NCBI GenBank assembly: GCA_963755025.1
Contig: CAVWIH010000029.1
Coordinates: 1-56,227, forward strand
DNA length: 56,227 nucleotides
DNA from: an uncultured Actinomycetes bacterium
GTDB taxonomy: Bacteria; Actinomycetota; Thermoleophilia; UBA2241
Direction: 5' to 3'
The notes beneath the pieces are model-generated. The model was not told the DNA's origin, ran no database searches, and was given only the letters and a program-made list of their open reading frames with translations. The position numbers and the translations under genes are program-made. Below are positions 21,340 through 33,938 of this stretch, one piece after another (position 1 is the stretch's first letter; the number at the start of each line of letters is the position of its first letter).

Positions 21340-22754
21340 CCGACCTGTTCGACCTCGATGCGCTCCGGGGACGGCTCGCCGCCGCCCCCGACGGCGCCGT
21401 CCTCAGTCCGCTCGGCCTGCAAAACGTGGTCATCGGCGAGGGCGCCCTCGAGACGCTGCCCGATGTCGTCGCGGCCGTGCTCGCCGCGCGCGGGGCTACG
21501 GGACCGGTGGTCGTGCTCAGCGATCACACGCCCAAGCGCTATCGCTCGGCCGACCTGCTCGGCGCGGTCACCGACGCCCTGGCCACGCGGCTCACCGTGC
21601 GTACCGTGACGGTCGGCAGCCCCGGCCACGGCGCCCACGCCGACGAAGCCACCCTCGCCAAGGCGACGAGCGAGGCCGCCGGCGCGGGCTGCGTCGTGGC
21701 GGTCGGTTCGGGCACGGTCGCCGACATCGGCAAGGTGGTCGCCGCCGCGCACGGCACCGGCTACGTCATCGTGCAGACGGCCGACAGCGTCAACGGCTTC
21801 GCCGACGATCGCTCGGTCCTGCTCGTGAGCGGTGTCAAGCGCACCACGCCCACGACCTGGGCCGACGCCCTGGTCGTCGACACCGACGTGCTGGTCGAGG
21901 CGCCGGTCGAGATGAACGTCTCCGGCTTTGCCGACCTGATCGCCACCTTCACGGCGCCCGCCGACTGGTACCTGGCGACCCTGCTGGGCATGGACGACGT
22001 CTACCTGCCCACGGTGGTCGCGCTCGCCCGCGAAAAGGGCCCCGCCCTGCTCGCCGCGGCGCCGCTCGTGCCGAGCGCCGATCGCGCGGCCCTCGGCGAG
22101 GTCGCCACCACGCTCACGCTGAGCGGCATCTCCATGGGCATCGCCGGCACGACCGCCCCCTGCTCGGGCATGGAGCACGCCGTCAGCCACCTGATCGAGA
22201 TGGCCACCATGAAGGCCGGCAACGAGACCGCCCTGCACGGCGCCCAGGTCGGGGCGGCCAGCGTGGTGGCCGCCCTGCTCTGGCACCGCGTCCTCGACGT
22301 GCTCGCCGACGGCGGCCTGGCGCACGTCCGGGTGCCCGACGCCGCGCGCTTCGAAGCCGACGTGCGGGCCGCCTTCGCCGACGTCGACTCCAGCGGCGCC
22401 ATGGGCGAGGAGTGCTGGCAGGACTGCGCGCGCAAGCTGACCCGCTGGACGCGCGCCGGCGAGGCCATCACGGCGGCGGCGCGCGACTGGCCCACCCACG
22501 ACCGCAAGCTGCGCGAGCTGCTGGCCGCTCCCGAAGACCTCGTGGCCGCGCTGCGCAGCGCCGGCGCGCCCGCCCTGCTTCGCGAAGTGCGACCGGCGCC
22601 CGACGAGGCCGCCGCGCGCTGGGCGGTGGCGAGCTGCCACCTCATGCGCTCGCGCTTCTCGGTGGCCGACATGGCCTGCTTCCTGGGCATCTGGGACGAC
22701 GCCTGCGTCGACGCCGTGCTGGGCGACGCCGTCGCCCTCGGCGGTGGCAGGTGA
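21336..22754 (+). CDS. AraM/EgsA-like polyol-phosphate dehydrogenase, intact mirror copy
   Basis: MTDLFDLDALRG..., GGAGG RBS, same motifs as 5182-6600. Confidence 0.8.
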   Translation: MTDLFDLDALRGRLAAAPDGAVLSPLGLQNVVIGEGALETLPDVVAAVLAARGATGPVVVLSDHTPKRYRSADLLGAVTDALATRLTVRTVTVGSPGHGAHADEATLAKATSEAAGAGCVVAVGSGTVADIGKVVAAAHGTGYVIVQTADSVNGFADDRSVLLVSGVKRTTPTTWADALVVDTDVLVEAPVEMNVSGFADLIATFTAPADWYLATLLGMDDVYLPTVVALAREKGPALLAAAPLVPSADRAALGEVATTLTLSGISMGIAGTTAPCSGMEHAVSHLIEMATMKAGNETALHGAQVGAASVVAALLWHRVLDVLADGGLAHVRVPDAARFEADVRAAFADVDSSGAMGEECWQDCARKLTRWTRAGEAITAAARDWPTHDRKLRELLAAPEDLVAALRSAGAPALLREVRPAPDEAAARWAVASCHLMRSRFSVADMACFLGIWDDACVDAVLGDAVALGGGR

Positions 22755-23602
22755 GCTCGCACGCGGCCAGCATGCCGGCGACCCGCCGGCCCACCCGCCT
22801 CTACCCGGGCTACGCCTTCGACCTCGACGGCACCGTCTACCTGGGCGACGCCCTCCTGCCGCACGCCGCCGAGACGATTGCCGCGATCCGCGCCGCCGGC
22901 TCGCGCATCGTCTACGTCACCAACAAGCCGCTGCAGACGGCCGACGACTACGCCCGCAAGCTGACCCGCCTGGGCGTGGCGACGCCGCGCTCCGACGTCG
23001 TCACGTCGGTCGATGCCCTGGTCGACTACCTGGAGCGCAAGCACCCGGGCAAGACGCTGCTCGCGGTGGCTGAGCGCTCGACCATCGACGAGCTGCGCGA
23101 CGCCGGCTTTGCGGTCACCACCGACCCGGCTGCCACTCAGGTCGTGGTCGTCTCGTTCGACCGCACCTTCGACTACGAAAAGCTGAACGCCGCCTTTCAA
23201 GCGGTGCGCTACCACGGCGCGACCATCGTGGCGACCAACCCCGACCCGTACTGTCCGACCCCCGACGGCGGGCTGCCCGACTGCGCCGCCATGCTGGCCG
23301 CGATCGAAGCCAGCACCGGCGCCAAGGCCGAGGCCATCGTGGGCAAGCCCAGCATCCACATGGCGCAGGCCCTGCTCGACCGGCTCGGCCTGCCTGCGAG
23401 CGACGTGGTGCTGATCGGCGACCGGCTGCTGACCGACGTCGCCATGGCGCTGTCGCTGGGCATGACGGGCGTTCTCATCCTGACCGGAGCGACGCACCTC
23501 GACAGCCTCGAAGGCTCGCCCGTGAAACCCGATTTCGTGATCGACGGCCTCGCCCAGCTTCTGCCTGAACCCTCTTCCCATGACCAGGAGGTCCACCGGT
23601 GA
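22751..23602 (+). CDS. HAD-IIA phosphatase (NagD/AraL-like)
   Basis: FDLDGT, GKPS, GDRLLTD motifs. Confidence 0.9.
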   Translation: MSSHAASMPATRRPTRLYPGYAFDLDGTVYLGDALLPHAAETIAAIRAAGSRIVYVTNKPLQTADDYARKLTRLGVATPRSDVVTSVDALVDYLERKHPGKTLLAVAERSTIDELRDAGFAVTTDPAATQVVVVSFDRTFDYEKLNAAFQAVRYHGATIVATNPDPYCPTPDGGLPDCAAMLAAIEASTGAKAEAIVGKPSIHMAQALLDRLGLPASDVVLIGDRLLTDVAMALSLGMTGVLILTGATHLDSLEGSPVKPDFVIDGLAQLLPEPSSHDQEVHR

Positions 23603-24285
23603 ACTTCATCTTCATGCTGACCCACAACGACAGCACCGTGCCCGATGCCGCGAAGGTCTACGAGACGCTGCGCGGCACGGCGCTGCACTACATCGGCTTC
23701 AAGGACATCGGCGCGACCCCCGAAGAGCTCGCCGTGGTGGCCGACAAGGCCCACGCCGACGGGCTCGAGGTCATGCTCGAGGTCGTCTCCACTTCGCGCG
23801 AGTCCGAGCTGGTCTCGCTCGAGACCGGCCGCCAGATCGGCGTCGACTGGATCATGGGCGGCACGTGTGCCGCCGACGGCGTGCGCATCCTCGCCGGCAG
23901 CGGCATCAAGTACCTGCCGTTCCCGGGTCGTATCGACGGCCACCCGAGCGTGCTGCTCGGCTCGATCGCCGAGATCAGCAACGACGCCCGCGAGCTGACC
24001 GCGCTCGACGGCGTCTACGGCCTCGACCTGCTCGCCTACCGCAGCCCCGACCAGGATCCGATCGCCCTCACGCGCGAAGTGGTGGCCGCTTCGGCCGGTC
24101 CCGTGGTCGTGGCGGGCTCCATCGCCACCGCCGAGCAGATCCGCCTGGTGGCGTCGGCCGGCGCCTGGGGTTTCACCATCGGCGGCGCCATCTTCGAGGG
24201 ACGCCTGCCGGGCGCGCCCGACTTGGCCGGCCAGATCACCGAGGTCCTGACCATCACGGCGGGCGCCGAGGCGGTCCGTGACTAA
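23599..24285 (+). CDS. Uncharacterised phosphate-binding TIM-barrel protein, intact
   Basis: 228 aa alternating beta/alpha pattern, AGGAGG RBS, C-terminal VAGSI...GFTIGGAIF. Confidence 0.7.
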   Translation: MNFIFMLTHNDSTVPDAAKVYETLRGTALHYIGFKDIGATPEELAVVADKAHADGLEVMLEVVSTSRESELVSLETGRQIGVDWIMGGTCAADGVRILAGSGIKYLPFPGRIDGHPSVLLGSIAEISNDARELTALDGVYGLDLLAYRSPDQDPIALTREVVAASAGPVVVAGSIATAEQIRLVASAGAWGFTIGGAIFEGRLPGAPDLAGQITEVLTITAGAEAVRD

Positions 24286-25042
24286 GGAGTCGCTCGTGCC
24301 TCGCAAGCCTCGGCCCACGCTGCCCGACCGCGTGCGCGACCTGCTGCTCGCCGACCTCTTCGCCGGCGTCTACGTGGCCGGCGACCGTCTGCCCAACGAA
24401 GACGAGCTGGGGGCGCGCTTCGAGGTGAGCCGGGCGACCATCCGCGAGGCCGTGCGCGGCCTGGTCGAGGCCGGCTACCTGGTGCGGCGCCACGGCACCG
24501 GCACGTTCGTGACCGCGTTGCCGCGCCACCGCCACACGCTGAACGCCAACCTGAGCTACACCGCGATGATCCGCCAGGCCGGCTTCGAGCCGGGCCGCAA
24601 GCTGCTGCGCCGCCTGGTGCGCGCCGCCAGCAGCGACGAGGTGAGCGCCCTGGCCCTCGCGCCGGCCGACACCGTGCTCTTCGTCGAGCGCATCCGCACG
24701 GCCGACGGCCGGCCGGTCGTCTACTCGACCGACCGCATCCCGACCGCGCTGCTCGGCGAGGCCGTCGCCGGCGTCGCCGACGGCTCGCTGTACGAACTGC
24801 TCGAGACGGCCCACGCCGGCGTGCGCAGCGCCCTGGCGAAGCTGCGCCCGGTGGTCGCCGACACGCGCCTCGCCCGCCTGCTCGAGGTGCACGTCGGCGA
24901 CCCGCTGCAGCGCATCGAGCAGGTCGACTTCGACGAGCTGGGCCGCCCCGTGATGCTCTCGTCGGAGTGGCACGTGCCCGACGTCTTCGAGCTGAGCGTG
25001 AATCGCATGAGTGACGCAGCGGCCGGTTCGGCCGGTGCCTGA
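24278..25042 (+). CDS. GntR/UTRA regulator (start may be GTG 24296)
   Basis: LPNEDELGARFEVSRATIREA HTH; diverged from the 2891-3640 copy. Confidence 0.9.
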   Translation: MTKESLVPRKPRPTLPDRVRDLLLADLFAGVYVAGDRLPNEDELGARFEVSRATIREAVRGLVEAGYLVRRHGTGTFVTALPRHRHTLNANLSYTAMIRQAGFEPGRKLLRRLVRAASSDEVSALALAPADTVLFVERIRTADGRPVVYSTDRIPTALLGEAVAGVADGSLYELLETAHAGVRSALAKLRPVVADTRLARLLEVHVGDPLQRIEQVDFDELGRPVMLSSEWHVPDVFELSVNRMSDAAAGSAGA

Positions 25043-25080
25043 GTGACCGCCGCAAGCGGCGCGAATCTGGAGGTTCGACC

Positions 25081-26838
<1,758 letters not shown>

Positions 26839-26930
26839 GCGCGCACACAGAAGGAGCGCCGGGGCGGATCGTGCGCGCTGCGCGAGGCGGAGGCTCAGGC
26901 GGTCGGCTCAGGGGTTGCTCGGCGGTCGGC

Positions 26931-27700
26931 TCAGGCGCCGGAGCCCCAGCGCCTGAGCCACCACGCCACCGAGCGGTTCGCCTCGAGGGCGAAGTCCGAC
27001 GCGACCTTGCGGGCGTAGACCTCCTGGGCGTAGTTGTCGTAAGCGCCGAAGCCGCGCGCGCCGTAGAGGCGGTCGAGGTCGCCCAACACCTCGCGCAGCT
27101 GCGCGTCGCTCAGGCGGCGGTAGGTGTCGCGGTGGACGACGTGCTTCTCGTAGCGTTCGACCACGCGCGGCGGCGTCTTGGGCCGCCCCAGGCAGAGCAT
27201 CGTCACGGGGAACGTGTAGCGCGGCAGGTGGAGCAGCTCGGCGTGGGTCTCGCCGAGCTCGAGGATGTCGCCGATGTAGCACGAGCCTATGCCCAGCGAC
27301 TCGGCGGCGATCACCGCGTTCTGCGCGGCGATGAGGGCGTCGCAGCAGGCGAGCATGAGCTCGCCGGGGCCGGGCGCCACGTCGCCTGGCACGCCCGCGA
27401 TGCGCTCGACCCCGGCGCCGCGAACAGATCGGTCCACTTCTGCAGGTCGGCGACGAAGACCAGCACCCAGGGCGCTTTGGCGATGAACGGCTGGTGGTCG
27501 CAGGTCTCGGCGAGCCGGTCCTTGAGCGCCTGGTCGGCGACCTCGATGATCGAGTACAGCATCATGTTGCCGGCCGTCGGCGCCCGCATGGCGCTGTGCA
27601 GGATGGCCTGTTTTTCGTCGTCGCGCAGCAGTGTCGCCGCCCAGGAGCGCGTCGAGCAGCGGCCATTGAGCAACGCGATGGTGTTGTTGTCGAGGGTCAC
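26931..27700 (-). CDS. Nitroreductase family protein (NfsA-like; frameshift ~27420)
   Basis: RCSTRSW, RAPTAGNMMLYSII, DALIAAQNAVIAAESLGIGSCYIG. Confidence 0.85.
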
Positions 27701-27768
27701 CTGCGCCTCCTTGTGGTGGGCGGCAGGCGCGCCGGCCGAGCGCGCGCGACGGGGCCCGACGATCGCTG

Positions 27769-27827
27769 CCTTTACAGACTAGACGAAACTTATCGTGGAT
27801 TGATAATATGTGTCTAGTCTGTAAAGG
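27769..27827. promoter_or_regulatory. 16-bp perfect inverted repeat flanking an AT-rich promoter-like core
   Basis: CCTTTACAGACTAGAC-N27-GTCTAGTCTGTAAAGG, with inner TTATC/GATAA; right arm overlaps the ATPase RBS. Confidence 0.75.
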
Positions 27828-27832
27828 AAGCC

Positions 27833-29026
27833 ATGGACCCACGCAGGAACCCGTACGCTCCGGGGGCCGGCACCAAGCCGCCGGCGCTCGTGGGGCGCGA
27901 CAGGCAGATCGAGTCGTTCGACATACTGCTGGAGCGCCTCGAGAACGGCTACGCCGAGCAGTCCATGATCGTCACCGGCCTGCGGGGTGTGGGCAAGACC
28001 GTGTTGCTCGACGTCTTCCGCGAGAAGGCCGAGAGCCGCGACTGGGCGACGGTCGAATGGGAGATCGAGAAGAATTCGGCCTTCGCCCCCAAGATGGCCG
28101 CCCACGTGCGCCGCGCGCTGCTGCAGATCGCCCCCAAGGCGCGCTGGACCGACCGCCTGCTGCGCGCCGCCTCTATCCTCAAGTCGTTCACCGTCACCTT
28201 CTCGACCGACGGCGCGATGACCGCCGGCCTCGACATCGACGCGCTCGACGGCCGCGGCGACAGCGGCGTCCTGCCCGACGACCTCAGCGACCTGTTCGTC
28301 GCCATCGGCGAGGCGGTCTACGACCAGGGCGTGGGCGTCGTCTTTCTGATCGACGAGATCCAGTTCCTGCGCGCGCCCGAGCTCGAGGCCTTGATCGTCG
28401 CCCTGCACCGCTGCACCCGCCGCTCGCTGCCCATCACCCTGGTGGGCGCCGGGCTGCCGCAGATCCCGCGGCTCGCCGGCGAGGCGCGTTCGTACAGCGA
28501 GCGGCTGTTCCGCTTTCCACGTATCGGCGAGCTCGAAGCCGCCGACGCACGCGACGCGCTGGTGCTGCCGGCCCGCGAGGCGGGCATCGAGTTCGCCCCC
28601 GAAGCGGTCGGCTTCATGGTCGACTACACGCAGGGCTACCCGTACTTCCTGCAGGAGTACGGCCGCATCGTGTGGGACGAGACGTCGGCCTCTCCGGTGA
28701 GCACCGCCGACGTGCGGTCGGTGCTGCCGCTCGTCGAAGCCGGTCTCGACGAGAGCTTCTTTCGGGTGCGCGCCGAGCGCGCCACCGAGCTCGAGCTGCG
28801 CTACCTGTACGCGATGGCCGAGCTGGGCCCAAAGCCGCAGCGCGCCAGTGAGGTCGCGCGCCGCATCGACCGTACGGTCGAGCAGGCCGGCCCGATCCGC
28901 TCACGCCTGATCGACAAGGGCCTGCTCTACACGCCGGGCCACGGCTACGCGGCCTTCACGGTGCCGCAGTTCGACCGTTACATGCTGCGCTGTCACGCCG
29001 ACCTGGGCGGCGTCGTCGGCGTGTAG
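27833..29026 (+). CDS. AAA family P-loop ATPase with probable C-terminal winged helix
   Basis: NPYAPG..P..LVGR, Walker A GLRGVGKT, Walker B FLIDEIQ, GYPYFLQ, RSRLIDKGLL. Confidence 0.85.
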   Translation: MDPRRNPYAPGAGTKPPALVGRDRQIESFDILLERLENGYAEQSMIVTGLRGVGKTVLLDVFREKAESRDWATVEWEIEKNSAFAPKMAAHVRRALLQIAPKARWTDRLLRAASILKSFTVTFSTDGAMTAGLDIDALDGRGDSGVLPDDLSDLFVAIGEAVYDQGVGVVFLIDEIQFLRAPELEALIVALHRCTRRSLPITLVGAGLPQIPRLAGEARSYSERLFRFPRIGELEAADARDALVLPAREAGIEFAPEAVGFMVDYTQGYPYFLQEYGRIVWDETSASPVSTADVRSVLPLVEAGLDESFFRVRAERATELELRYLYAMAELGPKPQRASEVARRIDRTVEQAGPIRSRLIDKGLLYTPGHGYAAFTVPQFDRYMLRCHADLGGVVGV

Positions 29027-29163
29027 CCGTCGACCTCGCGCGCCTCGTACGCGGCGGCACGACCTTCCGGCCCGGCGACGGTGGGTCCTCTGGCGCGGTC
29101 GGCGCCCGGTGCTATGCTGCGCGCAAGCCGAGGGTGCGTTCGGCTCGGGCGAAGGGGGGGCTC

Positions 29164-30880
29164 GTGAGTCAGACCGGCAACGGTGTGGGGAGCGGTCTCG
29201 GCAAGTACGTGCTTGCCGTCGACCTCGGCACGTCGGGCGTGAAGGCGGCGCTGATCGCCGTGAACGGTCGCGTGGTCGCCTGGGAGAGCGAACCGGTCGC
29301 CCTGCACGTGCTGCCCGGCGGCGGCGCCGAGCAGCGCCCCGACGACTGGTGGGACGGACTTGTGGCGGCGGCCGGGCGACTGCTGCGCAGCCGCCCGGCC
29401 GCCGACCGCGAGATCGCGGCCGTGTGCTGCTCCGCCCAGGGTGAGGGCACGGTGGCCGTCGACGCCCAGGGGCGGCCGCTCATGAACGCCATCCTCTGGA
29501 TGGACATGCGCGGCGCGCCGGCCCTCGCCCGCCAGTTCCACGGCGTCGTCAACTACTCGGGCTTCAGCGTGCCGCGCATCCGCCGCTGGATCCGCCTGAC
29601 CGGCGGCATGCCCTCGCCGACCGGCAAAGACCCGGCCGCCCACATGCTGTTCGTGCGCGACGCCTTCCCCGAGGTGTACGAGCGCACCTACAAGTTCCTG
29701 AACGTGCTCGACTACCTGAACCTGCGCCTGACCGGGCGCTTCGTGGCCACCGACGACTCGATCCTCACCTCGTGGGTGACCGACAACCGCCACCCCGGCC
29801 GCATCCGTTACCACGACGCCCTGGTGCGCGACTGCGGCATCGCCGCCGACAAGCTGCCCGAGATCGTGCCCTGCACCGAGGTGCTGGGCCCGCTCACCGC
29901 GGCCGCGGCCGGGGCTCTGGGGCTGCCCGCCGCCACGCCGGTGGTGGCCGGGGCCATCGACAACACCGCCGCGGCCATCGGCTCGGGCGCGGTCGACGAC
30001 TTCGCCACGCACCTTTACATCGGCACCTCGTCGTGGCTGGCCACGCACGTGCCTTTCAAGAAGACCGACATCTTCACCGGCATCGCCTCGGTGCCCTGCG
30101 CCGTGCCCGGCCGCTGGCTGCTCACGGCCCTGCAGGCGACCGCCGGCGGCAACCTCACCTTCTTGCGCGACAACGTGCTCTACCACCACGACGAGTTGCT
30201 CACCGAGGAGAGCCTGCCCGACGTCTTCAAGATCTTCGACCGTATGGCCGCGCGGGTGCCGCCGGGCAGCAACGGCGTGATCTACACGCCCTGGATCTAC
30301 GGCGAGCGCGCCCCAGTCGACGACCGCGCGCTGCGCGCAGGCCTCTACAACCTCTCCCTCGACAACACGCGCGAGGACATCGTGCGCGCCTTCCTCGAGG
30401 GCGTCGCGCTGAACACGCGCTGGCTCATGAAGCCCGTCGAGAAGTTCCTCGGCCGGCCGGTGAAAGCCATCAACCTGGCCGGTGGCGGCGGCCAGTCGGC
30501 GGTCTGGAGCCAGATCTTCGCCGACACCCTCGGAGTCGAGGTGCGCCAGGTGCGCGACGCCATTCAGGCCAACGCCCGGGGCGCCGCCTGGATCGCCGCC
30601 GTCGGTCTGGGCGAGATCACGTTCCCCGACGTGCCCGGCCTGGTGGGCATCGAAGAGGTCTTCGAGCCGCGGGCCGCCTACCGCGCCGTCTACGACGAGC
30701 GCTTCGCCGCCTTTCTCGAGAATCCACAAGCGTCTGCGCGGCCTCTACCGGCGCCTCAACCGCGACGCGCCGCCGCCGGCGCCGCTGCAGAGCGCTCCCG
30801 ACGACACGGCCGCGCGGCCACCGGTGGCCGACGGGACGGCGCCGGCTCGCGCCTCGCAGGGGGCTCCGCCGGCCTCGTGA
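29164..30880 (+). CDS. FGGY carbohydrate kinase (frameshift ~30721)
   Basis: LAVDLGTSGVK, WMDMRG, GERAPVDD, LAGGGGQS; true end IHKRLRGLYRRLN is in the next frame. Confidence 0.88.
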
Positions 30881-30941
30881 CATTCGCCTTTTTGCGTCGC
30901 CGGGTCCATCATTGACGCACCATCCGGGAGGGGAGGTCCAG

Positions 30942-32282
30942 GTGCAGGCTGAAGGCGTGAACGACACCTACCGCGTGTACGGCTACCGCTGGGTCGTGCT
31001 GGCGGTCTTCATGCTCGTCAACGTCGCCATCCAGATGCTGTGGATCAGCTACTCGCCGATCACCAGCCAGGCGGGCAGGTACTACGGCGTCTCGACCTGG
31101 TGGATCGGCTTTCTCCTCATGACGTTCATGATCGCCTTCGTCCCCCTCTCGCTGCCGGCCGCCTGGGTGATCGACGCGCGTGGCTTTCGCCTTGCCGTAG
31201 GGTTCGGCGTGGTCCTCATGGCGGTCTTCGGCGTGGCGCGCGGCCTCGCCGGATCGAACTACACGCTGGTGCTGCTCTGCACGATCGGCCTGGCCATCTC
31301 CCAGCCGTTCCTGCTCGACGCGTGGACCAAGGTGCCGGCCAACTGGTTCGCCCAGGGCGAGCGCGCCACCGCCGTCGGCCTCATCACCCTCGCCAGCATG
31401 ATGGGCATCGCGCTGGGCTTCGCGCTCACGCCGTTCCTCGCCAAGAGCATGTCGATCGCCCATGTCCAGCTCGTCTTCGGACTGTTCGCGGCCGTCACGG
31501 CGGTCGCCTTCCTTGTCCTGGCCCGCGAGCGGCCGGCGACGCCGCCGTGCCCGCCGGGCATGGACGAGCGCGCGCTCATGCTCGACGGCCTCAAACACGC
31601 CCTCACGGTCAAGCCGTTCCTCGTCATGCTGGGCGTCGCGTTCATCGTCATGAGCGCTTTCAACGGCGTGACGACCTGGGCCGAGCAGATCATCAAGCCC
31701 CGCGGCTTCACGTCGACTGAGGCCGGGATCATGGGCAGCCTGATGCTGATCGCCGGCGTCATCGGCGCCGTCGTGCTGTCGGCCCTCTCCGACCGCCAGG
31801 GCAAGCGCGTGCGCTTCATGGTCATCGCCCTCGTGGCGACCGTGCCCGGCATGCTGGGTGTCGCCTTTGTGTCGTCCACCTTGCTGCTCTACGCCTTCGC
31901 CGCCGTGCTGGGCTTCTTCCTGGTGGCGGTGCTGCCGCTCGGCATGCAGTACTCGGCCGAGATCACCAACCCCACGCCCGAGGGCACCTCGAACGGGCTC
32001 ATCCAGCTCTGCGGCCAGATCTCGGTGGTCTACGTCGCCGTCATGGCGGCGCTGCGCACGAGCAGCGGCTCGTTCACGGTGTCGCTGCTGCTGTCGGCGG
32101 CGCTGCTCGTGGGCTGCGCGCTGGTCGTGTCACGGCTGAAGGACCCGGCGCCGGCCACGGCCCGGCCCGCGGCCGTCGAACCGGCCGCGCCGCTCGCGCA
32201 GCCGGCGCTCGAGGAGCTCTCGGCGACGACTCAGGCGCCCCTGGGGTCAGACCAGGCGCGTCACGAAGTCACGCACGCCTGA
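30942..32282 (+). CDS. MFS transporter
   Basis: GGAGG RBS, YGYRWVVL, about 12 hydrophobic segments, WFAQGERATAVG, LSDRQGKR. Confidence 0.9.
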   Translation: MQAEGVNDTYRVYGYRWVVLAVFMLVNVAIQMLWISYSPITSQAGRYYGVSTWWIGFLLMTFMIAFVPLSLPAAWVIDARGFRLAVGFGVVLMAVFGVARGLAGSNYTLVLLCTIGLAISQPFLLDAWTKVPANWFAQGERATAVGLITLASMMGIALGFALTPFLAKSMSIAHVQLVFGLFAAVTAVAFLVLARERPATPPCPPGMDERALMLDGLKHALTVKPFLVMLGVAFIVMSAFNGVTTWAEQIIKPRGFTSTEAGIMGSLMLIAGVIGAVVLSALSDRQGKRVRFMVIALVATVPGMLGVAFVSSTLLLYAFAAVLGFFLVAVLPLGMQYSAEITNPTPEGTSNGLIQLCGQISVVYVAVMAALRTSSGSFTVSLLLSAALLVGCALVVSRLKDPAPATARPAAVEPAAPLAQPALEELSATTQAPLGSDQARHEVTHA

Positions 32283-32342
32283 GCGACGACCACGAAGTCG
32301 ATCGGTGGTACAGGCGCGCTCTTTCCGGTCGCGCGCAAACCT

Positions 32343-33938
32343 TCAGTCGACGCCCGGCAGGCGGCGCAGCAGACGCAGCGCCGCGGTCATGACGGCGGCG
32401 TACTGGGCGTGGTCCAGGGGCCGCGGCGTGTCGATGGGCAGCAGGCGCTGCTCGGCGACGGTCTGCGCCTCGGTGTATTTGAGGATGCCCTGGGCGCCGT
32501 GGCGGCGGCCCAGCCCCGACTCCTTGAAGCCGCCCATCGGCGCACCCGCCGAGCCCCAGGCGGCGGCGTAGGCTTCGTTTATGTTGACGGTGCCTGCTTG
32601 CAGCCGCGCCGCGACTTGGCGCCCCAGGCGGGCGTCGCGCGTCCACACGCTGGCGTTCAGGCCGTAGGGGGTGTCGTTGGCGCGCTGCACCATCTCGTCG
32701 AGCGAGTCGCAGCGGTACACGGCGGCCACGGGACCGAAGGTCTCGTCGCGGCAGAGCGCCATCTCGTCGGTGACGCCGGCGAGCAGGGTCGGCTCGTAGA
32801 AGTAGGGGCCCAGGTCGGGGCGGGCGCGGCCGCCGGCCAGCACCTCGGCGCCCTTGGCCACGGCGTCGTCGACGTGCTCGCTCACTTTGGCGAGCTGGTC
32901 GGCGCTGGTCAGCGAGCCCATGTCGACGCTGAAGTCGAGCGCCGCCCCGAGGCGCACGTCGCGCAGCGCCGCGGCGAGGCCCGGCACGAAAGCGTCGTAG
33001 AGGTCGGTGTGCACGTAGAGCCGTTCGATGCTGATGCACAGCTGGCCACTGTTGGCGCAGATGCCGCGCACGGCGCCGGCGACGGTGGCGCGCAGGCCGG
33101 CGTCGGGCAGCACGAGCAGCGGGTTCTTGCCGCCCAGCTCCATGGAGCAGTCCTTGAGCTGGGCCGCGGCCTGCGCGGCCACGATCTTGCCGGTCGCCGT
33201 GGAGCCCGTGAACATGAGGTAGTCGGTGGCGTCGATCAGGGGCGTGCCCAGCTCGGCGCCGCGCCCGGTGACCACCTGCAGCAGGGCCGGCGGCAGGCCG
33301 GCCTCGTCGAGCAGCGCCGCCGCCCACAGCGCGATGTACGGCGTCTGGGCGTCGGGCTTGAGCACCACGGCGTTGCCGGCGAGCAGCGCCGGTAGGGCGT
33401 CGCCGATCGAGAGCGACAGCGGGTAGTTCCACGGGGAGATCATGCCGATCACGCCGCGGGGATGGTGCAGCTCGGTGGTGCGGGTGAGCAGCGGCAGGGC
33501 GCCCTGGCGGCGGTGTGGCCCCAGGTGCGCGGCGGCGCTGTGCGCGTAGTAGCGCGCCTGGATGACGATGTCCTCGAGCTCTTCGAAGGCGTGGCGGCGG
33601 GCCTTGCCGGTCTCGAGCTGGATCAGGTCGAGGGCCTCGCGGGCGTGGGCGATGGCCAGGTCGTGAAAGCGCAGCAGCAGGGCGGCGCGTTCGCTCAGGG
33701 GGCGCTGCGCCCAGTCGCGCTGCGCGGCGCTCGCCGCGGCGACCGCCGCGACCACGTCGCCTTGTGTGCCGGCCGGCACTTCGCCGAGCGGCTCGCCGGT
33801 GAACGGCGCCTCGATCGCGATCGCGCCCGAGGGTGCGGCCACCACGACACGCTGGGCCAGGCGCGCGAGCGAGGCCGTGGTCACGTTCGGCGACCACCGC
33901 CGCTCGGGTACTGTGCCGTCCGCGACGATCGTCGACAT
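32343..33938 (-). CDS. NAD(P)-dependent aldehyde dehydrogenase (succinate-semialdehyde DH-like)
   Basis: SPWNYP, FTGSTATG, MELGGKNP, NSGQLC, ETFGP, PMGGFKESGLG. Confidence 0.92.
   Translation of the reverse strand: MSTIVADGTVPERRWSPNVTTASLARLAQRVVVAAPSGAIAIEAPFTGEPLGEVPAGTQGDVVAAVAAASAAQRDWAQRPLSERAALLLRFHDLAIAHAREALDLIQLETGKARRHAFEELEDIVIQARYYAHSAAAHLGPHRRQGALPLLTRTTELHHPRGVIGMISPWNYPLSLSIGDALPALLAGNAVVLKPDAQTPYIALWAAALLDEAGLPPALLQVVTGRGAELGTPLIDATDYLMFTGSTATGKIVAAQAAAQLKDCSMELGGKNPLLVLPDAGLRATVAGAVRGICANSGQLCISIERLYVHTDLYDAFVPGLAAALRDVRLGAALDFSVDMGSLTSADQLAKVSEHVDDAVAKGAEVLAGGRARPDLGPYFYEPTLLAGVTDEMALCRDETFGPVAAVYRCDSLDEMVQRANDTPYGLNASVWTRDARLGRQVAARLQAGTVNINEAYAAAWGSAGAPMGGFKESGLGRRHGAQGILKYTEAQTVAEQRLLPIDTPRPLDHAQYAAVMTAALRLLRRLPGVD

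Noticed and set aside
19860-22754. 964-aa kinase-dehydrogenase fusion
   Set aside because: Produced by an indel at ~20680; the left arm shows two separate intact genes.
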